Assembly (NCBI RefSeq): GCF_025526975.1
Contig: NW_026515688.1
Coordinates: 434,001 to 498,000 of the forward strand
Source of the DNA: Fimicolochytrium jonesii
Taxonomy: Eukaryota
DNA: 64,000 nucleotides
Direction: 5' to 3'
Part shown: positions 49,388 through 60,746 of the stretch, in pieces
Layout of the letters: each line of letters opens with the position of its first letter
Numbering within the stretch: the first letter of the stretch is position 1
Made by a program: the position numbers and the translations under genes
Notes under the pieces: model-generated
What the model was told of the DNA's origin: nothing
Seen by the model: the letters and a program-made list of their open reading frames with translations, nothing else
The model's database searches: none

Positions 49388-50398
49388 ATGGCAACCTCAG
49401 GCAACGCTGGAGAAATGGATCCAGATGCGGAATCCACCGAGAACCTTGTTGCAAAATTCCAAATACTCGCAGCGGAGGGAGACCTTCTCGCACAGCGTGG
49501 CTCCTGGGCTGCTGCCATCGATGCCTACACGAAAGCTCTAGTCATCCGACCTGCCGACAAGCACTGCCTTGTCTCCAGATCTCGATGTCACATCAACGCT
49601 GGCAATGGCAAGCCTGCTCTGGAAGACGCCGAGCTGTCATTGGAGGTCGATTCCGAGTTCTTCAAGGGGATTTACCAAAAGGCGGAAGCTCTGTATGCCA
49701 TTGGTGACTTTGAGACGGCGTTAGTCTTCTACCACCGCGGCAACCGGCTCCGACCAGAACTAGATGAGTTCAGAACCGGAATACAGAAAGCTCGCGAAGC
49801 CATCGAAAACGGTATCGGAAACCCAAAAGAAACACGAATCACAGTTCCCCAAAATCTGCGCAAGCAATTGGCGGCGGCGGCGGCTGTCGAAGCAGAAGCA
49901 GCATCAGATCCCTCGAATCGTAAAGCGAACGCCAAAGACGGAGCGGTCCGCGGAGCTCGAATGGCCTTCGCCCAACACCCGCAAACGAAAGATGCGAGCG
50001 GCCACCTATCCCCAGCCTTCGAAAACAAACTGCTCGGCGAACTGTACAAAGACAAAATGTACATGGAGGAGCTCTTGTCGGATCCAGACTTCACTGATTG
50101 CCCAGACGAGCAAGTCATGAGTCTCGTGACGGAGGGCATTCGGTACCTGCAATCCCGCATCGATTTTTGGAGGCAGCAGAACCCATTGTACGCTAGACCG
50201 AAAGAGAAGCGCATTCGGCCCCGGATGGACAAGGGTGGGCTGAAAGCGAGGTCTCGATCGCCAAACGATAGAAGTGGCACAGCTGGAAAGGATGCGCCAG
50301 GGAAAGAACAAGAAAAAGAACTGCGGCGGACTAAGGCTGAGTCGGGGGCGCAGAAGGGGACACCTAAGGGTGCTAGATCGAGTGTTCCCGCGAGTTAA
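49388..50398 (+). CDS. ODAD4: TPR protein TTC25/ODAD4 (outer dynein arm docking), short form, single exon
   Basis: AEGDLL...AYTKAL...CLVSRSRC...ALEDAE...FFKGIYQKAEALYAIGDFETALVFYHRGNRLRPELDEFRTGIQKAREAIEN, KLLGELYKDK and YLQSRIDFWRQQNPLYAR. Confidence 0.88.
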   Translation: MATSGNAGEMDPDAESTENLVAKFQILAAEGDLLAQRGSWAAAIDAYTKALVIRPADKHCLVSRSRCHINAGNGKPALEDAELSLEVDSEFFKGIYQKAEALYAIGDFETALVFYHRGNRLRPELDEFRTGIQKAREAIENGIGNPKETRITVPQNLRKQLAAAAAVEAEAASDPSNRKANAKDGAVRGARMAFAQHPQTKDASGHLSPAFENKLLGELYKDKMYMEELLSDPDFTDCPDEQVMSLVTEGIRYLQSRIDFWRQQNPLYARPKEKRIRPRMDKGGLKARSRSPNDRSGTAGKDAPGKEQEKELRRTKAESGAQKGTPKGARSSVPAS

Positions 50399-50604
50399 AG
50401 ATATCTTCCGTCCTCCCGTGCCGGACCTACAAATGTACCTTTAGTGTAGCCAACGATATTGTAAGCATTGTGCGGGGCAAATGGTCTGGTAAGCAGAATG
50501 CAGGATGCTGATTAATTTCAATGATAGCCGACTATGCATATGTGATTGTTACGCCGTGTTGCTATCCCATGTCAGTGAAGAAGTGAATTGTTTTCCTTTC
50601 TCCC

Positions 50605-51998
50605 TCAACCTTTTAGCGCCTCCAAGCCTCGGTTCGCAGCCTGCACCCCATCAGAATATCCAGCATCAGTGGCCATTTTCCGACACTCGGTAAAGCACTC
50701 TCGAGCTCTTCCAAAGTCCTTCAAGGCTCGCGCCACCTCTCCCAAGTTACACTTTGCACAAATCAGACAATCCCCACACGTCTCGGGCCCAGCTTGTTGG
50801 GCATGGGTCAGGGATCTTCCAGCCCAAGTCCTAGCCTCATTTGCATATTTTTCGTTGATGGGCGCCAAATCCAGATAACATTCGGCAATATTATTTTCCA
50901 GGATGGCCTGCCGACAAAACCGAGCGGGACCTTGAACCGTGAAGTCATTCTGTAACGCTCCCAGCGCCCGCATGTACACTAAATCGAGATGTTACAGCGC
51001 AACGAACTTCAGCAAATCAAGAAACGGTTTGTTGCTTACCCGAAAGTGATAGAATGGATTTCCCTTGTTTCCTATATACCGCGGCGAGAGCCTCTACACT
51101 AGCGCCCAAGTCACTTGGCGCTACCCACTGTGGTGGAGCCGGCGGCAGCTTGGGCACACTAGAGGCCGTTGGCTCGTCGGCAGCGTCGGCACGGGAATCC
51201 GCCAGTTCGTCATCGTCGTATATCAGCGGTGGCGGGTTCTTGAAACCAAGCATTCTCTGGATGCCCCATTCGTAATAGCGTTCTGCCAGCTTCAGCCGCT
51301 GCTGATCGTCCCCAGACCTGGCGTAGATGTCCCCGAGTTTCTGAGCAATGCCCACCATCTTCCTGTTATGCTCTGTCCCTGCTGAACCTGCATCTTTGGA
51401 CAGATCCTCATACAGCAGACCAAGGACTGAGGAATAGACAGTGACGGCTTCCCGGGGACTTTCCAGTCTCTCGTCATACAATTCGGCTAAACGAAGCAGA
51501 AGCCCGGTGATCTCGTTCGAATGGTCTGCTAATCCTGCTTTCTTGCACTCCTCCACAGCTGTAAGAAGGGACAACTTTGTTGGCTTGAGTCGATGGCATA
51601 GTCATCGATGTCGAGGTAAACATATCCCGCCCTATCCTTCTGCTCCCACAGAACTGCTCTTATTGAACGTGAAATATACCTCTCAGATACTCCACAACAG
51701 CTCCTTGAGGATCATTGGTGTAGTAATGTTTCATTGTCGCTCTCCGTACGTACCGCCTGCTACTCGGCGGAAAGGTATTGTACGTATAGGCGTACCAAGC
51801 CGCAGCCAGAGCTAGCGGAATGAGTGAGAGAATGATGCCAGCAGGTACACCGCGTTTACGTTCGGTGAAGGCCTCCGTGTGCAGGGACTGCCTTCCCGTG
51901 ACCGTTTGTCGCATCCGTATTACGTGCGACGGGTGGCTACGTGCTCCGTACAGTCCTGTAAGTCGACATATGACCCGGGTGTTCGCGAGGCGGAACAT
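50605..51998 (-). CDS. Mitochondrial inner-membrane TPR-like protein (Mgr3-like), 3 exons
   Basis: Arg-rich presequence MFRLANTRVICRL, transmembrane helix IILSLIPLALAAAWYAY, then SNEITGLLLRLAELY, VGIAQKLGDIY, EALAAVY and ILENNIAE helical repeats. Confidence 0.65.
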
Positions 51999-52285
51999 TA
52001 TTGAAGGAAGAAGGTGTCGAGGGGCGGAGAATGGCGTCAAAGTGGGGCGTTGGAATGGTCGGTGCACCCCAGCAGAGTAAGACTGTGCAGTTCTATCTGT
52101 ATTGTGACGGAAGGATGGATGGGATGGAAACGATTACGCTTTGGCCAACTTCGCGAGAACTTCGACGACCTTTCGACGGCCGACGCTTGCACAGCCACCG
52201 CGTATCAACTCATGCCCAAAGTGCCCAAGCGTTCGAAGTCAACTTCGCCCTTCGCACACAATCCTCACCACCGCATAAGTCAGCC

Positions 52286-53104
52286 ATGTTCCGCATAGCT
52301 CGCAGTATACCCGCCAGTGCCGTCAGGCTCGCCGCAACCGCCTCGAGGCCTACCTTGACCCGCTACTTTTCGCAGGTATGGAAGATGTCCCCAAAGCCCG
52401 GGGATGCCAGTCCATAGGCAGCTTTGCCGTGCAAGCCGTGTCGCTTGCGTTTCTTTGCCTCCCTGTCTCCGTTCAAGGGCGCACCAGCCTAGCTTTTGAG
52501 GAGGTCTACACGTGTGGCAGTAGTAACGTCTTAAGGCTGACCTCTGACTGCTCGGTTTGCAGACAGCTCCATCACAAAGCCTTTTCACCGACTACGTCGA
52601 CAAAGTTCGGCCGGCAATCAAGGAGATTACTGCCCGAGAGCTGAATGGCCAATTGACGAAGGAGCCTTTCAACCCTCCTGCAGATTTGCACGTCTTGGAC
52701 GTTCGGTATGGGGGCTGATCTGAATGCTTCGGCCATTCCAGGGGAAGTCTCTCATATCTGTTGACCTTAGGGAGCCCTATGAGTGGAACGAGTTCCATCT
52801 GCCAAATGCGATTTACACTGGACGTGGGACTCTGGAGGGCAAGATTGTATGTGGAAGAGAGATTTGAGGGTTCGATTGCAGTCGAAATTGCTTGCTAAAC
52901 ATAGTCTCAATGTCGTAGGAGAGTCTCGTCCCAAACACTGAGGACAGCATCGTCGTCTACTGTGCTTCCGGCTACAGATCCATTCTCGCGGCAGATGCTC
53001 TGAAGAATATGGGTTACAAGAAAGTATATAGCTTGAAGGGCGGAATCAGTGCATGGAAAGGCGCAGGATTGCCTGTGTCGCAAAACCCCAACGTGGTATT
53101 GTGA
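52286..53104 (+). CDS. Single-domain rhodanese (sulfurtransferase) with mitochondrial presequence, 4 exons
   Basis: MFRIARSIPASAVRLAA...RYFSQ|...HVLDVR|EPYEWNEFHLPNAIYTGRGTLEGKI|ESLVPNTEDSIVVYCASGYRSILAADALKNMGYKKVYSLKGGISAWKGAGLP. Active-site loop is CASGYR. Confidence 0.9.
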
Positions 53105-53629
53105 ATAGACCGCAGCGTGTGAGCCTGCAGCGGTTCCATGGACGACTCTTCTCAATCCTGGACAACGTCCTTACGGACAAGGGAGGTGGCTGGCCGGGGA
53201 ACGTGTAAGCGTTCCAAATTACGCGAGAGCGGCTTCATCAATGCTTTTGCGAAAGGGGGCTTAGGCGGCACTTTGTGTAGGAGAGGTCGACATTTCAGGC
53301 GAGCACCCACTATCCTTTATATAGTGGTCTGTATAGTACTCCATTGGATGTTTGCTCAGGTTGTGTTTGTTCAAGTTCTGGCGGTTACTTCTTCCAAATG
53401 AAATTGAATAGAGTCCTGGTTTCAAATGTCCGAGTGGTCCGAGAGTCATACTGTCCTTGATGAGACGCGCTTCTTTTCCTCCCAGCGCACCGCCCGCAGG
53501 GGTCTCACAATTCACACTTTACGAAGCACAAAAAACAGGAACTCTCTTGTCGTCTCGAAAGTAGGCCGTGTTCGACGCCACCTTCCTCTTCGCCTCCCAC
53601 TGCCTTCGGACGGGCGGGCATGAAGCGAA

Positions 53630-56600
53630 ATGGCCACTCTGACTCGGGCCCGCGTCGGAATCCAATTCCCGGCTAATAACGATCTGCTCACACGCGTCAC
53701 CGACCGCAAACTCTGCTTCAAACCCCCGACAGCCGAAGGAAAGGACCCGCAACCACGAGAGATCTACGTTGATTGCTTATTCCGAGAGGATGACACGCCT
53801 GCGAAGATGGCCGCCTCCTTTGAGTTGGATAAACTGGTGTCTCGAGTGCTGAACGGATATCGAGCAGGACTGTTCGTCGCTGCCTCCGGACGGCGGTTCT
53901 CAGCAACGCGGACGCACGTTTTTGCCGAAGCTCTGTCTATCCTCGGAAGAAGCCTGTCGGAAGCATCCGATGTCAGCCTTTCGTACGCTTATGTTGCACT
54001 GACGGACGCAAAATGTTTGGACCTTACTGGGGATCGTGTCATCGACGCTCGCGGCAACAAAGCAGCACTGGAGCCTATCTATCGGCCTTTTTCGGACTGC
54101 CATGATTTGCTGAGGGTGGTTCAAGGGGGTTCCTCACTACCCTACGCTCTGATGATTCGAGTGGAGAAGTTTGGCGGCGCTAGAACAATGGGATCCCTGC
54201 TCTTATGTGACCTCGGCCTCCCGACTTTCGACAACTCGATATCTGAAGATTCAATACGCAGACTTGGCCCGAGTCTCTCATTATCTTTTCGAACGTTGCA
54301 GAAAATCATCTTCATGAAGTCCACCGCGGGCGTTGAAGGGCCATTGCCGTATCACGAAAGCAATCTGACGTTGATTTGCAAAGATTACTTGGATGGCCAT
54401 GCTGCTATGAAATTTGTTCTCTGTTTAGACGCGTCGGCTGATGTGAACCAGCAAGAAATCACAGGAGCATTGAACTTCGCAGAATCTCTCCGGAAGTTTC
54501 AGACTTTAGAACAGCCAACGGAAGTTGACCCTCGAATATCTGGATTGGAGGCGGACCGGAAGGCTTTTGCGGACGAAGCGAAAGTATTAGCAGCAACACT
54601 ACGTGAGGCCGAGCGCGCGCATAAGAAAGCGGCGAGGTTATCAGCAGAGAAACATGGACGCCTAGTTCAAGGCCTTCGCCAAGAGCTAGCACTCGCTTTG
54701 AAAGCGGCAGAGGAGCAACATCAGAAAGACACGCAGAAGCTGGAGAACGAGCTGCAGACTGCCAGGGAAGAAAACTCAGCCGCGTTCCAAAAGGCGTCGG
54801 ATAGCTGGGCGGACGATAAGAGGGCGATTATTGCGGACTTTGATACGAAGATGCAAGCGCTGGAAGAGAATGTAGAGGACGAACGAAAGGTTCTTAATTT
54901 GAAGCTTGCAAATACCAAGCTTACGAGCGATGCGGCCTTGAGCAAAAATGCGTCGGAAATGGCTGCCTTGCAGGAATTGCTTAGGCAGGAAAAAGTCCAC
55001 CTATTGCATCAAACGGAGCAGACGACTTTTTCGGAAGCTGCACGCTATGCGCTAGAGAAGGAACTCGAGTTTGTGAAGGAGAACCTCGCACGCGAAGAGG
55101 AGACGAATACCGAGTCGACGGAAACTTTGAGCGCATTACAGGTCGCTCATGAAGCGTTGGCGCGAGATTTGATTCTTGAAAAGGAGACCCGAGCTGGCTT
55201 GGAAAGTTCTCTGGCCGAGAGAGAGCAGAAAGCGGATGAATTGTCAACTGAGATTCACACGGTGCAAGAGAAACTGAATGTAACCTTGCAACAGCTGGAA
55301 GAAGTTACGGCGAAGCTTGCAGCGATGACGGAGGCATCGAAGGAGATGGACGGCCAATTTGCAGAACAGACTATTGCCATTCATGAGAAACAGTCGAGCA
55401 TCGCAGTTCTGGAAGCCCGATTTCAAGAGGCACGGGAGATGACGGAACAGATGAGAAACGAGCGTGATTCCGCGCGACTTGAGATTGCGGGAGCCACGTC
55501 GCGCGCAGCTGAGGTTGTGGAAATCATGCGTGACGAAATCCGCAGGTCTCGCGCCACGACTGAAACCGCTCAAGCCGAGGTCGCCCAGCTACGCTCCGAT
55601 CTCGTCTCAGCGGAGAAGGGAAATCGGGAAGAAATTGCCGAACTGAAGGCCCATCTGGAACAAGTTCGAACGGCGGCCGAGAAGCGCGCGAGGGAAGCAG
55701 AAAGAGCAGAAGGTCGTTATGAGGGCGAGCGAGAGGCGTGGCAGCGTGATCAGTCCGCTTGGGACCGGGAGCGGGATCGGTTTGTGGAAGAGATTCAGGA
55801 GCTGAAGCTCGAAGTTGCCCGCGCGAAAGTTGCGGCTGCTGCAACTAGCGAAGACACCGAAATGAAGGTAGGCGGGCAAACATATATTTCCAAAGGACCA
55901 TCCCTCGTGACTCAATCATTACTTGTCATTATAGACTTGGCTGACAAAGCTGGAAGCCGACAACCGGAAATTACGGGAGGAAGTTGCAGAGGTCAAAGCC
56001 CTGCGTCGTGAACGCCGTGAATCCGATTTTGAGGCGGCTCGCATCAGAAACCAACTCAACCGATTGGAGGAGCAGAATGCCAGTCTCGCCGCTGAGACAG
56101 CTCAGAAGCACGCCGAATGGGAACAGGAAAGAGGCAGATTGCAGCGAGAAGCCGAACGGCACCAGGCCGCTCAAGATGAAAACGAGGCTCCAAAACGGGC
56201 AGAAGCATTGGTCGCTACTCGGCAAGCGAAGCGCGGCAATCGTAAACAGCCTGCTTCTCCCGAGGAAGTCGAGAATACTGCTGTCACGTCCACCGTTAAC
56301 GGAATCGAGCCGGTGCTACAAAAGACCCATGTTGCACCCAAGGCTACGCGTAAGCCAAGGAAAGCGAACGCCAAACTTCCGGACGCGGAGAACTCTACCG
56401 GAACTGCTGCCCAACAGCCAACGAACAACGACACAGAATCTCCTTCGCAACAGCCAAAATCCGCAAGCGCTGCTGAGCCGCATGAGCTTCCAGAAACGCG
56501 AACGAACGGCAGGCCACGCCGAGCTGCGCAAAGGACCGAATGGTGGAAAATCAATGGTACCGGACTGCCAGCCGCAGCTTCTACGGAGGAGGATGCAATG

Positions 56601-57798
56601 GACGACGAAAGTGAGAATGAGCCACATGGTGGAAAGCAAAGGACAACCACATCAAGGAAAGCCAAGCATGTTCGAGAGCCGCCAGAAGAGCCGATGCCCG
56701 CTGAAAATCGCGAGAATGTCCTTCCAGAACGGGGGGCGGAGAAGGAAGTCCCAGGACAGGCACCGAGGAAGCGGAAACGAAAGGCCATCGAAGATGAGGA
56801 TGTTGCGCAAGAACCGGACGAGCGCGATGTCCCTGCCCCGAACAAACTTACCAAACCAACCGCGAAGAGCAAAAAGTCAGAAGACCAGGTATTGGACGAC
56901 ATCCACTTACGTCGCTCTAGCATGGGTGATTTTCATCGTATTGAATTTGTATCGCTTTTTCCCAGGCGACTGCCTCAGAGCAGGATTTTTCCAACAATGT
57001 GGGACAGGAGTCCACGGAGACCCAAGTAGAAGTAAGCGAAGCTACATCGAGCAAGCAAGGCACAAAGACAACAAAGGGCGCGAGAAAGGCAACGGCAAAG
57101 GAGATACCGATTGCAGTGCAACCCACAGGGCCAATATCCGTGGAGGACATTCTTGGTTTGGGAACAACCTCATGCAAGGAGGACCCGAAGAGCAAATCGA
57201 AAACCGCAAGGGCGAAGAAGCCAACAAAGAACGGCACGAGCGTGGTGGCAGAATCCGCGGAATCCGAAGGTCCGGTTTTACCAACCCTACCAAACGGCAA
57301 CGAGACCTCAGAGCCAGCAGCAGAGGGCGATGAAGTGACAGGTAAACCCACCAAGAAGCGAAAGCTGAACCTTGCGAAGAAAGCAAAGGACGAAGAAGAT
57401 ACAGAAAATGAGGTACGTCTTCACTGTGGCGCACCACGTCGGTGCAATCCCTCACGACCTCCCACCAGAACCCCGCAAAGGCGAAGATGCAAAAGAGCGT
57501 ATCGAACAAAGAAGCAGCTGTGACGGTACCAGAATCAACCGTCCCTGCCCCAGTCGCCGCCGCTGCGGAGCCTAGCTCGCAGACAGCCGCCTCTTCATCA
57601 ACGTCATTGAGCACCTCTATGACCGGAGCACCAACGTCATCAACGGCTGCCCTCGGCTTTGGAAGCCGCAGTCTACCGAACATCAACAACAGCGGTCGAA
57701 TGGAGTTCAGAAAACGGCCAGGACTGGACCCTGACCGTATGAAGGCCATCCTGTCAGGATATGGATTACAATGGAGTGATAGATCAGAAATGCGATGA
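53630..57798 (+). CDS. Divergent kinesin-fold protein (probable pseudo-ATPase) with long coiled coil and disordered tail, 4 exons
   Basis: The first ~300 aa follow kinesin motor order (YVDCLF, LVSRVLNGY, GSLLLCDLG, PYHESNLTLICKDYLDG, EITGALNFAESLRK). About 500 aa of coiled coil follow. Introns are at about 55868-55934, 56889-56965 and 57413-57468. Confidence 0.75.
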
Positions 57799-58215
57799 TC
57801 TTCACCCGGTCTTTGAATCATTCACATGGTAACAGATCGATACTAGTAGATGCCCAGTGCCCGTCTTCGGTGTGCTTTTTGGCTGCTTTGGGATTGTGTT
57901 TGCTCAAGGGGTTAGGAGGCAACGATTCATGTAGATTAATGTGATTGTGTTTTGTAAACATACGACGTACACCAAACGGGCCCGTGATGCATCGGATCGC
58001 TGCTGCTCCTGCCTTTATGGTACCAGGCCGGTCACGACGCTGATGTGGCGACAACTGACGAGCTTGACGCAAACGTACGGACAACCAACCCCTCACATTT
58101 CACTCACTACCCCAAAATGGTATTCCAGCGATCTCAATGCGTCGTGTATTTACAGCGATTGCTGGAGAAATGCGACAAAATGTCAAGGATATCCAATATG
58201 TACAATATGGAAGGG

Positions 58216-60402
58216 TCACCCTCCTTTCTTGGTCGAATTCTTGATCCAACCCATTTCTACGAAATAATCATATATCCTGCTGGTCTTGTTGACATCGATC
58301 TTGATCAAACGACGGCACTCCCTTCGTCGCATGGAGCCTTGCTTCGCGTATTCTTTCAGTATCGTTTCCTTGATAACCAGGTATGATTTCGGGAAGAGTC
58401 TCAGATTACTGCATAGTTGCTGCTCGTTGTGGGTGAGGAGTTCAACTCCCTCGGCGTTGGATATATCGAGGGGCGCGGGGGTATTGCGTACGCCGGTGGC
58501 TGCTGGGCCAAGGTTCTGGGCTTGCGGCTGTTGTGGTATTGCAGGCGCAGGTCGTTGTAATGCCATTTGCAAGGCCGTAAGTGGTTGTGATTGTAATGAT
58601 GGTAATTGCGATGGTGGGCGGCCTTTGACGTGGGACGGTGTATTTGGTACTTTGAATTGTGACGGCGGGAACGGGACTTTGAATTGCGGTTGTGGTATTG
58701 ACGGGTTGGGAGCTGGTGATGGAGAAGGCGCTGATGAGGATGGAGTGAGGAAAGCGTTCTTGGAGTTGTTGCGTGATATCCCTGGCGTCGGAGTATCGTG
58801 TGGTGGATGTGAACCACCACGCCCGGTGGTTCTTGAACCACTCGCTGGGTGGAACTGTAGTGCTGTTTTTGTGAGCTCTCGCTCCTTTTTGTCGCGCTCA
58901 TAGGCATCAATTTCCCGCCGCGTTCGGAGACCCATTCGACGGTATTCTTGTAATTGCGCAATCTCCTGCCTTAGCTTCATCTCATCTAGAGGCGGTTGAG
59001 GTTGTCAGCGGTCAGACCTTCCACCCGAAAGTAAGGAAAACTGGTCTGGGAACTTACTTAATAAGCCACCCATGAAATTCTCGAAGTCTTGTCCTGTTTG
59101 CATCTTTGCAAACACTCGCAATTTCTGAAAAAGCTCCCTCTCTTCTTTCGATCTTTTTTTCTCCATTTGCTGGACCTAGGAAATGACCTTTCCCGGTAAG
59201 TCCTCGCCTCCGCATAACACCAGTCCGTTCGGAATGAGTCCAACCCAATCCCACCTTCCGGAAATCTACGATATTTCTATCGAGAATGAATTTCTTGCGT
59301 TCCGCTCTGCGATCCAGCGCGGAGTTATACATGTCGAACATGGCCATTTTCAGTTCTTCGATAGTAAAACCTCAAGGTGAGTTACTGTTGCCATGGATCA
59401 ACCCTCCGACGACGACACTGCCTCAATCACCTGTGTCTTCTGGACTATCGCTATCAGAAAACTCCAGATCCTTGATCAGATGCTCGGCATCGTTTTCGCA
59501 CTCTGTTTCGAACTCTTTCCGTCCGGGCATGTATCCCATGATCTCGTGGTTCGTTGGTTGACTGACGGGCGGACGCTCGTGTTTCGGTACTTTCCGCGGT
59601 GGACCTGTTTTTCAAGCACGTTAGACCGCTTGTAACGCACAACTTCGCGGCGATCACAAACTCACCTCGTTCCTGGGATAGCCTTTTATTTCGATCGACT
59701 GGTCGGGAAAGGTTCTGCCAAAGTTCCAAGTGTCTCGCATCAGCAGTGGTTCCAAGCCCTACTCGAACTCCACTGTTGTGAAACCCACCGGTATTGGGAA
59801 CGAGTCGCTGTTGATGTAGACTCTGTTGTAGTGTTCCTCGCACTGTAATCTGTTCTTGGTCCCCATCTGCTCCGCTATCTGCTCCCAATTCCCTAATCCC
59901 CAACTTTCGATGGCGGTTACGAGTTTCAACTCTTCGTCTGCTCCCCATCCATCGTCGTATATCTCGAAATCTAGCATTTCCTTTATCATTCGAAAAATCC
60001 GTGCGTCAGTTTCGCAAACCCTTCCATCTGCCGGAGGCTCTGGCAAAGAAGTGACTAACAGACTTCCTCTGAACTCACCATCACTCTATAGCTATGACTA
60101 TTTCTATGTAGTGTATTTGGTGGTTCTGCACCCGAACAGAAGCACGCGACGCATAGGTCAAAGTCGGCGCATTCGGCACATCGTACGCGAATGAGATTTG
60201 TGATGTCCTGGCTGCAGCCATTGCAATGATAGCTCCCGCCAAACTCCTCTTCCACTATACGACAGTAAGGGACGCAAGCACTTAGTATCACTAAGCCTTA
60301 TGCATACATTGTGGCCAACTGGCTCTGCGAAATGTGGCGCTTTGCTGCTCTTGCTTTACCTTGCTCGACTTCTTCGAGTTTCCGCTTCTTCTCATTGGTC
60401 AT
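58216..60402 (-). CDS. ADA2: SAGA complex adaptor Ada2 (ZZ-SANT-SWIRM)
   Basis: ZZ finger YHCNGCSQDIT..RVRCAECADFDLCVACF, SANT WGADEELKL...GLGNWEQIA, GYMPGRKEFETECENDAE and SWIRM LCSNLRLFPKSYLVIKE...KIDVNKTSRIYDYF. Confidence 0.95.
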
Positions 60403-60746
60403 TGCGACTGGTGAGGACGGACGAATGACAGGGAGAGGAATATGGACGAGCTCCTCTGAATAGGTTCGTTAATGTCGGTCAACACAATTCCTCCCTTCTC
60501 GAAATGTGAACGGCCAAGAACGCAAAGTGTCAGAGTATCGGCCTGACCGTGTTTCTATGACATTACGTGATCAATATGGTCTGGACTCCAGATACAAAAA
60601 CCATCTACACAACGCAGTTACCTACTGTCTATGAAATATGTGAACTCGGGCTGGCTGAAATATGTTTTAGGAGCGGTCAACTATTGCTGTGATACAGAGC
60701 ATTGTGATGAATTAGGTACAAACTTGCTACAGGTACAGATAAAGTG

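Noticed and set aside
55984..57821. Overlapping 449-, 250- and 259-aa ORFs over the kinesin-like tail
   Set aside because: They are alternate-frame or antisense reads of low-complexity exons already explained by a phase-consistent spliced model.
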